From Nannocystis bainbridge (GTDB lineage: Bacteria > Myxococcota_A > Polyangia > Nannocystales > Nannocystaceae): a stretch of DNA of 64,000 nt. The notes below the pieces were generated by a model. It was not told the origin of the DNA, made no database searches, and saw nothing but the letters and a program-made list of their open reading frames with translations. The stretch spans positions 737,724-801,723 of the forward strand of contig NZ_JAQNDL010000002.1 in assembly GCF_028368995.1 (NCBI RefSeq). Direction: 5' to 3'. The translations under genes were made by a program, and so were the position numbers. Below, piece after piece: positions 1 to 8,081 of the stretch (positions within the stretch are counted from its first letter, which is position 1; each line of letters starts with the position of its first letter).

Positions 1-665
1 TCGCGGCCGCGCTGACGCGGGCGCTGGAGGACCTCGGGCGGCGCGCCGACGTGCGCGCGTGCGTGATCGCGGGCCTGCCGGAGGTGTTCTCCGCCGGCGG
101 CGACCGCGACGTCCTGCTCGGCCTCGCCGACGGCACGATCGCCCCGTACGACCTCCTGCTGACGCGCGCGCTGCTCGAGGTGCCGGTGCCGACGATCGCC
201 GCGATGGCGGGCCCCGCGGTCGGCGGCGGGCTGGTGTTCGGGCTCGCCTGCGACATGGTCGTGATGGCCCGCGAGAGCCGCTACGGCCTCAATTTCATGG
301 ACCTCGGGTTCACGCCGGGGATGGGCGCGACGCGGCTGGTGCAGTTCGCGTTCGGCGAGTATGTCGGCGCCGAGATGCTGCTGGGTGGCCAGTACTTCCG
401 CGGCGAGCAGCTGGCGGGGCGCGGCCAGATCAACGCGGTCGTGCCGCGCGCCGAGGTGCTGCCGCGGGCGCTCGACATCGCGGCCCGGATCGCCGACAAG
501 CCGCGGGCTGCGCTGCTGTTGCTCAAGCGTGCGCTGGCGTTGCCGCGCCGGCGCGCGTTCGAAGAGGCGCGCACGGTCGAGTCGATGATGCACGAGGTAT
601 GCTTCGCCGACCCGGAGACGGTGGCGCGGATCCGCACCAACTACGGGCCAGGCCAGGGAGGATGA
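1..665 (+). CDS. enoyl-CoA hydratase/isomerase (crotonase) family protein, 5'-truncated at window edge
   Basis: The frame is open from nt 3 (AAALTRALEDLGRRADVRACVIAGLPEVFSAGGDRD...). It shows the crotonase-fold pattern V-x-G-x-G-x-F-x-AG-D. Stop at 663-665, followed 4 nt later by the next gene. Confidence 0.7.
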   Translation, partial: AAALTRALEDLGRRADVRACVIAGLPEVFSAGGDRDVLLGLADGTIAPYDLLLTRALLEVPVPTIAAMAGPAVGGGLVFGLACDMVVMARESRYGLNFMDLGFTPGMGATRLVQFAFGEYVGAEMLLGGQYFRGEQLAGRGQINAVVPRAEVLPRALDIAARIADKPRAALLLLKRALALPRRRAFEEARTVESMMHEVCFADPETVARIRTNYGPGQGG

Positions 666-668
666 CGC

Positions 669-1484
669 TTGCTCAATGACTTCAAGGACAGGGTCGTCTT
701 GATCACGGGCGGGACGCGCGGCATCGGCCTCGCGTGCGGGCTCGCGTTCGGGCGCCAGGGCGCGCGCACGGTGCTGACGCACCGCTGGGGCTCGGCCGAC
801 GAGAACGACATCAAGGCCCGCTTCACCGCCGTGGGCGCCCCGGCGCCGCTGGTGCTCGAGGCCGACGCGTCGCGCGAAGAGGACACCGACAGGCTGACCG
901 CGCGGCTCAAGGAGGAGTGCGACGGCGTGTGGGCGTTCATCAGCAACGTCTGCGTGGTCCAGCGCGGCGACGGCCCGGAGAAGCACACCCGGCGCGCGCT
1001 GTACAAGAGCCTCGAGTACTCGAGCTGGCCGTTCGTCGGCTACCTGCAGGCGCTGCACGCCGCGTTCGGCCGCTACCCCCGCTACGCGCTGGCGATGTCG
1101 TCCGACGGGCCCGACACCCACTACCCGGGCTACGACTTCGTGGCGGTGGCCAAGGCGGTGCTCGAGACGTTCGTGCGCTACATGAGCACGCACCTCTACG
1201 AGCAAGGCTGCATCGTCAACGCCTTGCGCACCCGCCAGGTCATGACCGAGAGCTACGAGCAGATGTTCGCCGCCCAGCAGCGCGAGCTGGCCGGCAAGTT
1301 CCCCGAGTTCGCGTGCACCGTCGACGAGGTCGCCGACACCACGCTGGCGCTGTGCAGCGGGCTGTTCGACGCGATGGGCGGGCAGGTGCTGACGCTCGAC
1401 CGCGGGGCCGCGTTCGTCGACAACGTCGCCACGCTCGGGCCGCGGCTCGTCGGCGGCAGCGACAAAGAAGGAGCTCCGGCGTGA
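669..1484 (+). CDS. FabI-like enoyl-[acyl-carrier-protein] reductase (SDR superfamily), paralog 1
   Basis: TTG start 8 nt after the RBS AGGGAGG. N-terminal VVLITGGTRGIGLA Rossmann motif. ...AMSSDGPDTHYPGYDFVAVAKAVLETFVRYMS carries the Y-x6-K catalytic spacing and VRYM motif of FabI-type reductases. Its stop TGA (1482-1484) overlaps the GTG start of the next gene. Confidence 0.7.
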   Translation: MLNDFKDRVVLITGGTRGIGLACGLAFGRQGARTVLTHRWGSADENDIKARFTAVGAPAPLVLEADASREEDTDRLTARLKEECDGVWAFISNVCVVQRGDGPEKHTRRALYKSLEYSSWPFVGYLQALHAAFGRYPRYALAMSSDGPDTHYPGYDFVAVAKAVLETFVRYMSTHLYEQGCIVNALRTRQVMTESYEQMFAAQQRELAGKFPEFACTVDEVADTTLALCSGLFDAMGGQVLTLDRGAAFVDNVATLGPRLVGGSDKEGAPA

Positions 1485-2296
1485 TCCTCCGCAACGATCT
1501 CAAGGGCAAGGCCGTCATCGTCACCGGCGGCACGGCCGGCATCGGGCTGGCGACCGGCCTCCTGTTCGGCAAGCACGGCGCGCACGTCTATCTGACGCAC
1601 CGCTGGGGCTCGGCCGACGAGGACGAGCTGCGGGCCCAATTCGAGGCCGCGGGCGCGCCGGCGCCGACGATCGTCGAGGCCGACGCGTCGCAGGACGAGG
1701 ACACCGAGGCGCTGATGCAGCAGGTGAAGCGCGACCACGACGCGGTGTTCGCCCTCATCAGCAACGTGTCGTTCGCCCACGTCAGCAAGTCGCACGAGGA
1801 CCTCGACAAGAAGAGCTTCCTGCGCAGCCTCGGGTACAGCGCGTGGCCGTTCGTCGGCTACCTGCAGGCCATCCACGAGACCTTCGGCCGCTGGCCGCGC
1901 TACGCGGTGGGAATGTCGTCGCGCGGGCCCGAGTACTTCCTGCCGGGCTACGACTTCGTGGCCGCGAGCAAGACCGTGATGGAGACCTTCTGTCGCTACC
2001 TCACGGCAGATCTGCTCAGTGAGGATGTTCGCATCAACATCCTGCGCGCGAACCCGGTCGAGACTGCATCGCTGGAGGCGACCTTCGGGCCCGAGTTCGT
2101 CCCGTTCTGCAAGAAGTACTACTCGGAAGGCTGGTTCATCCAGCCAGACGAGGTCGCGGCCGCGGCGCTTGCTCTTTGCAGCGGCCTCATGGACGGGGTC
2201 AAGGGGCAGATTCTGCTACTGGACAGGGGCCTCGGTTTCGCCGACAACGTCGTTCGCCTGTTTTCGGCGCGCGAGCGTCACGGGCTGAATTTTTGA
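1481..2296 (+). CDS. FabI-like enoyl-[acyl-carrier-protein] reductase (SDR superfamily), paralog 2
   Basis: GTGA start/stop overlap with paralog 1. AVIVTGGTAGIGLA motif, then ...GMSSRGPEYFLPGYDFVAASKTVMETFCRYLT (Y-x6-K). It aligns along its whole length with the upstream paralog (a tandem duplicate). Confidence 0.7.
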   Translation: MILRNDLKGKAVIVTGGTAGIGLATGLLFGKHGAHVYLTHRWGSADEDELRAQFEAAGAPAPTIVEADASQDEDTEALMQQVKRDHDAVFALISNVSFAHVSKSHEDLDKKSFLRSLGYSAWPFVGYLQAIHETFGRWPRYAVGMSSRGPEYFLPGYDFVAASKTVMETFCRYLTADLLSEDVRINILRANPVETASLEATFGPEFVPFCKKYYSEGWFIQPDEVAAAALALCSGLMDGVKGQILLLDRGLGFADNVVRLFSARERHGLNF

Positions 2297-2359
2297 CCTT
2301 CGCTTCCTGCGAGATTCGCTGCGGGCAACCTGCACCGCGCCCACCAAGGAGAACCGAGA

Positions 2360-2626
2360 ATGAGCACCCGCGATGATGTCTTGGCCGTCGTCAAGCGCCA
2401 CCTCGTGGACACCGTCGAAGGGATCGATGTGGCCCAAGTCGACCCCGCGAAGTCGATGAAAGACCTCGGCGCCAACAGCCTCGACATCGTCGAGGTCGTC
2501 TCCTGCAGCATGCGCGAGCTCAAGGTGAAGATCCCCCGCGCCGAGCTCAACAGGCTCACCAACATCGACGAACTCGTCGACCTGCTGCACAAGACCCTGC
2601 AAGAGAAGCAGGCCGCCGCGTCCTGA
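2360..2626 (+). CDS. acyl carrier protein
   Basis: 88 aa. The DLGANSLDIVEVV phosphopantetheine-attachment motif contains the Ser. An AAGGAGAA RBS sits 7 nt upstream of the ATG. Confidence 0.85.
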   Translation: MSTRDDVLAVVKRHLVDTVEGIDVAQVDPAKSMKDLGANSLDIVEVVSCSMRELKVKIPRAELNRLTNIDELVDLLHKTLQEKQAAAS

Positions 2627-2634
2627 ACCGCGGC

Positions 2635-2680
2635 GGTGCATGTCCCCGGGGCCAGGGTCCTGGGGGGACATGTCCGACCA
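2635..2680. repeat. Palindromic hairpin of the GGACATGTCC repeat family (GCATGTCCCC...GGGGGACATGTCC) immediately 3' of the ACP gene. Terminator-like.
   Basis: Inverted repeat CATGTCCCC / GGGGACATG around a 17-nt loop that is itself palindromic. A second element, CCTGTCC-TTCG-GGACAGG, lies at 2917-2934 just before the stop of the convergent gene. Confidence 0.6.
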
Positions 2681-2949
2681 GCCAGACCTTCGCGCCCGCG
2701 CTGCGCATGCCGCAGCCCGGGCGCGCTCGTCGTCGCGGAACCCGGACGCGCTGCGTCGCGCTCGAGCGTCGTGACGCCGAGCGCTTCGCGGCGTGTCTCG
2801 GCTCGCTGCGTCTGGGACGCTCGACGAGCGGGCGGGGCTGTCCGTCGCTCGAGCCGCGCGGGTCAACGTCGTGATCCCGACGGGGTCGGGGCGCGCTGGC
2901 GCTGCGGTGATGCGTGCCTGTCCTTCGGGACAGGTGAAACGGTGCGACC

Positions 2950-3726
2950 TCAGGCCGGCGGCAGGCGGCGGACCAGCGCCTCGGCGCGGCGCCAGGCCGA
3001 CACCACGAGCAGGCCCCACGCGTTGAGGCCGAGCGCGACCGCGAGGGCGACTGTCCAGAAGGACAGGTCGAGGCGGATCGCCGCGCACGCCGTGGCGACG
3101 TAGAGGAGCGCGAGGTGGGTGTCGTGGCCGAGCAGGGCCGCCATGCGCATCGGTCCGGCCAGCAGCGAGCGAGCGGCGCCCGGCGCCGGGAGCGGTCCGC
3201 TGTGCTTCGGCCCGAGCAGGGCGGCGGCGATGTCGTGGAACACCGCGGGGCCGCGGACCTGCGAGGCCGGCGCGTCGTCGCCGACGGCGCCGGTGAGGTC
3301 GCGGAAGCGACGGCGCAGCTCGGCGTGGAGGCCGACCTGGATCAGCGCGCTGACCACCGCCAGCGACGCGAGCGTACAGGTCCATGGGTTGGCGGGCGCG
3401 GTACGAGTCGTCAGCGCGAGCCAAAAGGCCGCGCCGACCGCAAACTCGAGCGTGCCGGCCTCGACCTCGGCGGCACCGGCCACGAGCCGGCGGCCGCGGC
3501 TGGCGACGGTGAACGCGAACAGCAGCCAGGCGGGGAAGATCCAGTCCACGCCGTGCGGCGCGGCCAGCAGCACGGCGACGGCGCCGGTGAGGCCGACCAC
3601 GAGTCCGGCGAGGGTCAGCAGCTCGACGCTCGGCGCCGGTCGCACCCGCGCGAGCACCCACGCTGCGAGCGGCCGATGGAGGTGGCGATCGAGGATGCCC
3701 TCGGTGATCGGATCGTCGTCAGCCAT
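2950..3726 (-). CDS. integral membrane protein (multi-TM; weak resemblance to CDP-alcohol phosphatidyltransferase N-terminus)
   Basis: 258 aa with several hydrophobic helices (LLTLAGLVVGLTGAVAVLLA, WLLFAFTVAS, LASLAVVSALIQVGL, FWTVALAVALGLNAWGLLVV). The family DG..AR motif is absent, so function is unassigned. Confidence 0.45.
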   Translation of the reverse strand: MADDDPITEGILDRHLHRPLAAWVLARVRPAPSVELLTLAGLVVGLTGAVAVLLAAPHGVDWIFPAWLLFAFTVASRGRRLVAGAAEVEAGTLEFAVGAAFWLALTTRTAPANPWTCTLASLAVVSALIQVGLHAELRRRFRDLTGAVGDDAPASQVRGPAVFHDIAAALLGPKHSGPLPAPGAARSLLAGPMRMAALLGHDTHLALLYVATACAAIRLDLSFWTVALAVALGLNAWGLLVVSAWRRAEALVRRLPPA

Positions 3727-3790
3727 CGCCCCGGAGGGTGGGCGGGGCTCCGGGCGCTGTCAAGCGAGCCCCGGCGCCGCCGAAAACCGC

Positions 3791-4015
3791 TCAGGAACGC
3801 GGCTTGACGTTGTCGGGGAGAACGAGCCCCTGGCCGTCGAGCGTCTTCCAGAACGCGGGCCAGCGCGAGATCTCGCGCAGGGTCGGCAGCACGTCGACGG
3901 GGTTGTGCGGGTACGTGCGGCGCAGGAACAGCACCGCGGCCTCGGCCGATGGCGCCTCGAGGAAGTGGGCCTCGCCGGGCGGATACTCGTAGCGGAACTT
4001 GAGCAGCGGCGGCAT
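3791..4015 (-). CDS. small hypothetical protein (74 aa), translationally coupled to PduO-type adenosyltransferase
   Basis: Its ATG (4015-4013) overlaps the TGA of the upstream gene (ATGA). Non-Arg-rich composition: MPPLLKFRYEYPPGEAHFLEAPSAEAAVLFLRRTYPHNPVDVLPTLREISRWPAFWKTLDGQGLVLPDNVKPRS. Confidence 0.45.
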   Translation of the reverse strand: MPPLLKFRYEYPPGEAHFLEAPSAEAAVLFLRRTYPHNPVDVLPTLREISRWPAFWKTLDGQGLVLPDNVKPRS

Positions 4016-4620
4016 CACGGGGCGGGGCTCCGGCGGTGCGTATCCCACAGCACCTCGGGCACGGCGAAGGCGTGGGCCGCGGCGCGGGCGACGACGAAGA
4101 AGTAGTCGCTGAGGCGATTGATGTAGCGGACGGCCTCGCCGCGGACCGGCTCGACGCGGCTCAGCGCGACCACGGTGCGCTCGGCGCGGCGACACACGGT
4201 GCGCGCGAGGTGGGCGTGGGCGCCGAGCGGCCCGCCGCCCGGCAGGATGAAGCTGCGCAGCGGCGGGAGGTCGGCGTTCCACGCGTCGAGCTCGTGCTCG
4301 AGGCGCGTCACGTCGGCCTCTTCGACGCGCAGCGGCGCCTTGCCCTCGGTCGCGCCCGGCGTCGCCAGCTCGGCGCCGAGGTCGAACAGCTCCTGCTGGA
4401 TCTGCCCGAGCTGGGCGTCGAGCGCCGCCAGGAAGTCGCGGCGCTCGCCGGGCTCGGTGCGGGCGACCTCGACGCGCAGCACGCCGATCACGGCGTTGAG
4501 CTCGTCGACTTCGCCATAGGCGGCGACCCGCGGGGCGTCCTTGCCCACGGTGTCACCGCTGGCGAGCATGGTGTCGCCGCGGTCGCCGAACTTGGTGTAG
4601 ACCTTGCTGATGTAGACCAC
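4015..4620 (-). CDS. ATP:cob(I)alamin adenosyltransferase, PduO-type (MMAB family)
   Basis: VYISKVYTKFGDRGDTMLASGDTVGKDAPRVAAYGEVDELNAVIG matches the PduO-type N-terminus (IYTKTGDKGET..., YG.VDELN). GTG start proposed at 4620. The ORF-track start at 4674 reads through a palindromic repeat (MRLLQSTCPRE) and is probably an artefact. Confidence 0.75.
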   Translation of the reverse strand: MVYISKVYTKFGDRGDTMLASGDTVGKDAPRVAAYGEVDELNAVIGVLRVEVARTEPGERRDFLAALDAQLGQIQQELFDLGAELATPGATEGKAPLRVEEADVTRLEHELDAWNADLPPLRSFILPGGGPLGAHAHLARTVCRRAERTVVALSRVEPVRGEAVRYINRLSDYFFVVARAAAHAFAVPEVLWDTHRRSPAP

Positions 4621-4675
4621 GGGGCTGTCCGATCGGCCAGGTTCGCGGGGGCAGGTGCTTTGAAGCAGGCGCAAA

Positions 4676-4701
4676 GGGACATGTTCGTCAGAACATGTCC
4701 C
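4676..4701. repeat. perfect hairpin GGGACATGTTC-GTCA-GAACATGTCCC (repeat family member) between co-directional genes
   Basis: 11-bp perfect inverted repeat with a 4-nt loop. Located between the end of the DUF4388 gene and the start of the PduO gene. Confidence 0.7.
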
Positions 4702-4715
4702 TCAGAACAGCCGGG

Positions 4716-5639
4716 TCAGCGGTTCTTCAGCGCGGCGATGAGGCGGGGCTGGAGCTCGGGGATGATGACGAACACCCACCCGAGCTGAGCCTTGACGCCG
4801 TCGACGAGGATCGCCCAGCGGTGGCGATCGTCGAGCTCGATGACGAAGATCAGGAGGCCGTTGTCGCCCTCGATGATGAACTTGTTGATGCCCTTGGCGA
4901 GGGCGTCCTCCGAGCGGGTCAGCGCCGTGTGCAGCTGCTCGGACAGACGGTTGAACATGGCGCAGGCCTTGGGCGCCGAGTTGATGCCCGCGAGCGACAT
5001 GCCCGAGGCTTTGCTGATGATGTCGACGCTGATGAGGCCGCCCATCAGGTGGTCGTCCAGCTCCTCGAGGATGGCCTTCACGACCTTGAGGTCCATGTCT
5101 GACAGCTCCTTGTCGCGCGCTGCAACGTTGGGGGCGGCCGCGTAGGCCGGCGTCGGTGTAGAGAGGGGCAGCGGCGGAAGTGGCGGGACGGTGACCGGCG
5201 CAGCTCGCTGCGGCTTCTCGATCACAGGCACCGGCGGAGGGGAGGGCGGCGTCGCGGACCGCGGCTCGTGGCGAGCCGGTGGTTCGCGTGGCGGCGGGTC
5301 GTGACGCGGCGGCGGCTCGTTGCGCGAAGCCTCGTCGCGTTGCCGCGCCCGATCCATCAACAGCGCGACGATCGAAGTGTGTCGCACCGTCTGCGGGCAG
5401 TTCTCCGGCAACTGCGACGACGAGACGCTGCCTTCGCGCCAATCGAGGATCGTGTTGACGGCGTCGTCACCCTGGGCCGCGCCGGTCTCGGCGTGGACGA
5501 GGTTGCCGCCCTGGAAAAACATCGCGCCGACGCCATGCGGCGACTCGACGGACAGCTTGATCGACATGCGCGATGTCTGCGCAAGTTGCAGGATGTCCCA
5601 AAGTTCAAATCCACCGATCTGGGCGATCGTGGTTGCCAT
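4716..5639 (-). CDS. DUF4388 domain + roadblock/LC7 (MglB-like) domain protein
   Basis: ATG at 5639 preceded by GGGGAGG. N-terminal GFELWDILQLAQTSRMSIKLSVES...GAMFFQGGNLVHAETG...AVNTILDWREGS resembles myxobacterial DUF4388. Pro-rich linker. C-terminal DLKVVKAILEELDDHLMGGLISVDIISKASGMSLAGINSAP resembles roadblock/LC7. Confidence 0.65.
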   Translation of the reverse strand: MATTIAQIGGFELWDILQLAQTSRMSIKLSVESPHGVGAMFFQGGNLVHAETGAAQGDDAVNTILDWREGSVSSSQLPENCPQTVRHTSIVALLMDRARQRDEASRNEPPPRHDPPPREPPARHEPRSATPPSPPPVPVIEKPQRAAPVTVPPLPPLPLSTPTPAYAAAPNVAARDKELSDMDLKVVKAILEELDDHLMGGLISVDIISKASGMSLAGINSAPKACAMFNRLSEQLHTALTRSEDALAKGINKFIIEGDNGLLIFVIELDDRHRWAILVDGVKAQLGWVFVIIPELQPRLIAALKNR

Positions 5640-6024
5640 TATTCGCCTCCCCGTGGCCCACGTGGGCCGCGACCGCGATCGGCGGGACAGCTCCCGCCGG
5701 TGTTGGTCTGGGTACAATACCGCGCCTGCTCATATCTTTGGGACAGGTTCTTCACGCGAGCCTGCGGCGACGCCATCTCAGCCCAGGTTCGTGGGGCCGT
5801 AACGGCATCGCGTGTGTCCCGTCTCACTCGGATTACGAGGTTTGGCGTCCGAACTAGCATCCGCGCTCGCCGGGCAAGCCTGCGGTCAAGGCTTTTCGCC
5901 CGCCACGCTAACACCAGCTTCAGAAGAAAGCTACGTTGGAGACGCCGGGCACGCAGCGCGCTGAGTGCGCAGCGCCGCACCGATCCCTCGGGACCTGCCG
6001 GTCGAGTCTGTCTCGCGTCTGGCA

Positions 6025-7323
6025 TCACCGCAGCAGGGCGTAGGCCGACGTCATCAGCAAATTCGCGATCGCCAAAGGCATCGCGGTTCGCTCGAGAAAG
6101 TTGAGAGCAGCGCGCGCACGCGAGCCGGTGACCGCCGCGTGAAGCCGCTGCACGAGCCATACGACGGCAGCGATCTTCGCCGTCGCCACGACTGCGCTGA
6201 TGAACAGCACCACGCCGTGGCTGCTGCCCGTCAGCGTCGCGGCGGGCAGACCACCGCCGAGGAAACAGGCGACGAACGCAGCGGCGAAGGCCCAGCGCTC
6301 GAGTCGTGTCGACGGCGGCGCGGCGGCGACCGCGAGCGCGACGGCTGCGGCGATCGGTTGCACGAAAATTCCCCAGGCGGGGGGGATCGCAGCGCTGCCG
6401 ACGAGGGCCGTCGCTTGCTCCCCCACGAGATGCCGTGGATCGAGGGTGCCAAAGGCCAGCAAAGGGCCGGCGAATGCGGCGGCGAGGGCGAGGTCGCGCG
6501 ACGCGAGCCGACGCGCCACCGCGGTCCGCTCGGCGAGGCGAGCGAGACCCGCGAGCACGAGGGCCACGAGGTAGACGAGCCAGCCCTCGCCCACGGCCAT
6601 CAGCGACAGCGGGACACCGCCCCGCCCGACGGCGCACTGCTCGACGTCCGCCGCGGAGAGGCTGCGACCGACAGCGTCGAGGCATAACCCCGGACCGAAC
6701 GGGAACAGCGCGACGACGGCGATCAGCGGCAGCCATGAGGTCCAGGCGAACCGCGTACGCCGCGTCGAGAACCACCCCAGCGCGACGAGCGCGAGCAGCA
6801 ACCCGGTACGAAGCGCGGTGCGGCGTAGATCGCCTGCGAGGTCGGGCTGCTCGTAGCGGAGCTCGACGATCTGGGGCGCCTCACCCGCTGCGAAGAGGAG
6901 GCGGGCGCTGCCGGAGCGAGCCGCGCCGCCGCGGGTGAAGTGATCGCGGTCGACGCGGAGGCGCAGGCTCACGGCCCCGCCGGCAGCGATCTCCCGCGGG
7001 TACTCGCGGTTCTCGATGGCGAAGGCGCCCCAGTCGGGCGTGCGCGTGTCGAACCGGATCCGCGACAGCGGCACGGTCGCCTCGCCGTGATTCACGAGGC
7101 GCAGCTCGAGTCGCTCGGCGGCGGGAGTGAACACGAGCGACCCGGGCTCGGCGCGCACGCCGGCGAGCGGGGTGCCGCAGCCGAGCGTGAGCGCGAGGAG
7201 GGCGAGGCAGGGAAGGGCACGCGTGGCGCCACGCGACGGCGACGAGACGATGCGCGGCGAGGAGTCGTGCTCGCCGATGGGGGGCACGGTACCTGCGTCG
7301 GGTCTCGTCGGTGCGCACGTCAT
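6025..7323 (-). CDS. lipoprotein-signal-containing polytopic membrane protein (periplasmic beta-rich domain + ~8 TM helices), function unknown
   Basis: A lipobox LALLALTLGC follows ATG 7323, though the n-region is long and the true start may be an internal GTG. ~140-aa soluble domain, then hydrophobic helices to the C-terminus. The 834-aa ORF-track call (6025..8529) is a composite that overlaps the macro-domain gene in another frame. Confidence 0.5.
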   Translation of the reverse strand: MTCAPTRPDAGTVPPIGEHDSSPRIVSSPSRGATRALPCLALLALTLGCGTPLAGVRAEPGSLVFTPAAERLELRLVNHGEATVPLSRIRFDTRTPDWGAFAIENREYPREIAAGGAVSLRLRVDRDHFTRGGAARSGSARLLFAAGEAPQIVELRYEQPDLAGDLRRTALRTGLLLALVALGWFSTRRTRFAWTSWLPLIAVVALFPFGPGLCLDAVGRSLSAADVEQCAVGRGGVPLSLMAVGEGWLVYLVALVLAGLARLAERTAVARRLASRDLALAAAFAGPLLAFGTLDPRHLVGEQATALVGSAAIPPAWGIFVQPIAAAVALAVAAAPPSTRLERWAFAAAFVACFLGGGLPAATLTGSSHGVVLFISAVVATAKIAAVVWLVQRLHAAVTGSRARAALNFLERTAMPLAIANLLMTSAYALLR

Positions 7324-7460
7324 GGCGAGCGCAGACGGGGCGAGGTTGATCTTCCTGGCGAGCGCGGACGCGTGGGTCGCCGCGAAGTTGTCGGTCGCGG
7401 CGGTGAGGGTCATGTCGAGCGCGGACTCCATGACGAGCGTGCGTGCAGTGTTGTTGTCGA

Positions 7461-7640
7461 CACCGCGATGCACTTCGGGCTCGATGACACCGCGATGCAC
7501 TGCGAGCTCGTCGAGGCCGCGATGCGCCTCGGACACGACGAGACCGCGATGCACTGCGAGCTCGACGCCACCGCGATGCACTGCGAGCTCGTCGATACCG
7601 CGAGGCAATTCGAGCGCGACGCCACCGAGGCTCGCCTCGA
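7461..7640. repeat. 27-bp direct tandem repeat x ~6.5 (consensus CACCGCGATGCACTGCGAGCTCGTCGA)
   Basis: Units at 7461, 7488, 7515, 7542, 7569 and 7596. The period of 27 nt is 9 codons. On the minus strand it reads ELAVHRG-type 9-aa repeats, open in the frame upstream of the 6025-7323 gene. Confidence 0.7.
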
Positions 7641-7727
7641 TCTCGACCTGCGGCATCATGAGCACGAGCATATCGTCGCCGCGGCTCGCCGACGCGGGCG
7701 TAGGCGAGGCAGCGGCGCGCGGGCGGC

Positions 7728-8081
7728 TCATGGTGCGCGGGTCAGCGAGGGCCAGGCGATCGCGGTCGCCAGGCCGAGCAGACCGAGGCCGGCGGCGCTG
7801 ACCCAGAGAGCAGGTCCTTCGGGACATGTCGTACTGGACAGGCAGACCGCGGCGGTCGGCGCGAACAGGACCAGGGCCAGCGCGAGGGCGAAGCCGAGGC
7901 CGGCCAGCGCCAGCAGACCGCCGGTGTCGACGGGCTGACGCGGACGCAGCCGGACCAGACCCTCGCCCGCATCGGACCCCGGCGCGGCTTGCTGCTTGGC
8001 GTGGGCGCGGACGAGACCCGCGAGGACAACGACGAGCCCGACGGCTGCGACGAGCGGCAGATAGTCGAGCAGGGGTCCCAT
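7728..8081 (-). CDS. possible small membrane protein (117 aa, 3 predicted TM)
   Basis: ATG 8081 directly abuts the TAG of the macro-domain gene at 8082-8084 (coupling). Hydrophobic segments LPLVAAVGLVVVLAGLV, LLALAGLGFALALALVLF, LWVSAAGLGLLGLATAIAW. The ORF contains a copy of the palindromic repeat (encoding STTCPEGP), so it may be spurious. Confidence 0.3.
   Translation of the reverse strand: MGPLLDYLPLVAAVGLVVVLAGLVRAHAKQQAAPGSDAGEGLVRLRPRQPVDTGGLLALAGLGFALALALVLFAPTAAVCLSSTTCPEGPALWVSAAGLGLLGLATAIAWPSLTRAP

Noticed and set aside
2216-3661. Very long Arg/Pro/Ala-rich ORFs in the six-frame track, for example 2216..3661(-), 9699..10895(-), 10283..12052(+), 29032..31332(-), 35792..37684(+), 36408..38105(+) and 45637..46929(+)
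   Set aside because: Their composition (runs of R, P, G, A) and their overlap with motif-bearing genes in other frames are what 72% GC DNA produces by chance. No domain motifs were found.
4621-4674. N-terminal 18-codon extension of the PduO-type adenosyltransferase (MRLLQSTCPREPGRSDSP)
   Set aside because: The extension is encoded by the 4676-4701 hairpin repeat and precedes the conserved VYISKVYTKFGD N-terminus. A GTG at 4620 gives a family-typical start.
5585-5615. tRNA-like T-loop string AAGTTCAAATCCACC
   Set aside because: The flanks cannot form T-stem or acceptor-stem pairing, and it lies inside the DUF4388-roadblock CDS. No tRNA, rRNA or tmRNA was recognised anywhere in the window.
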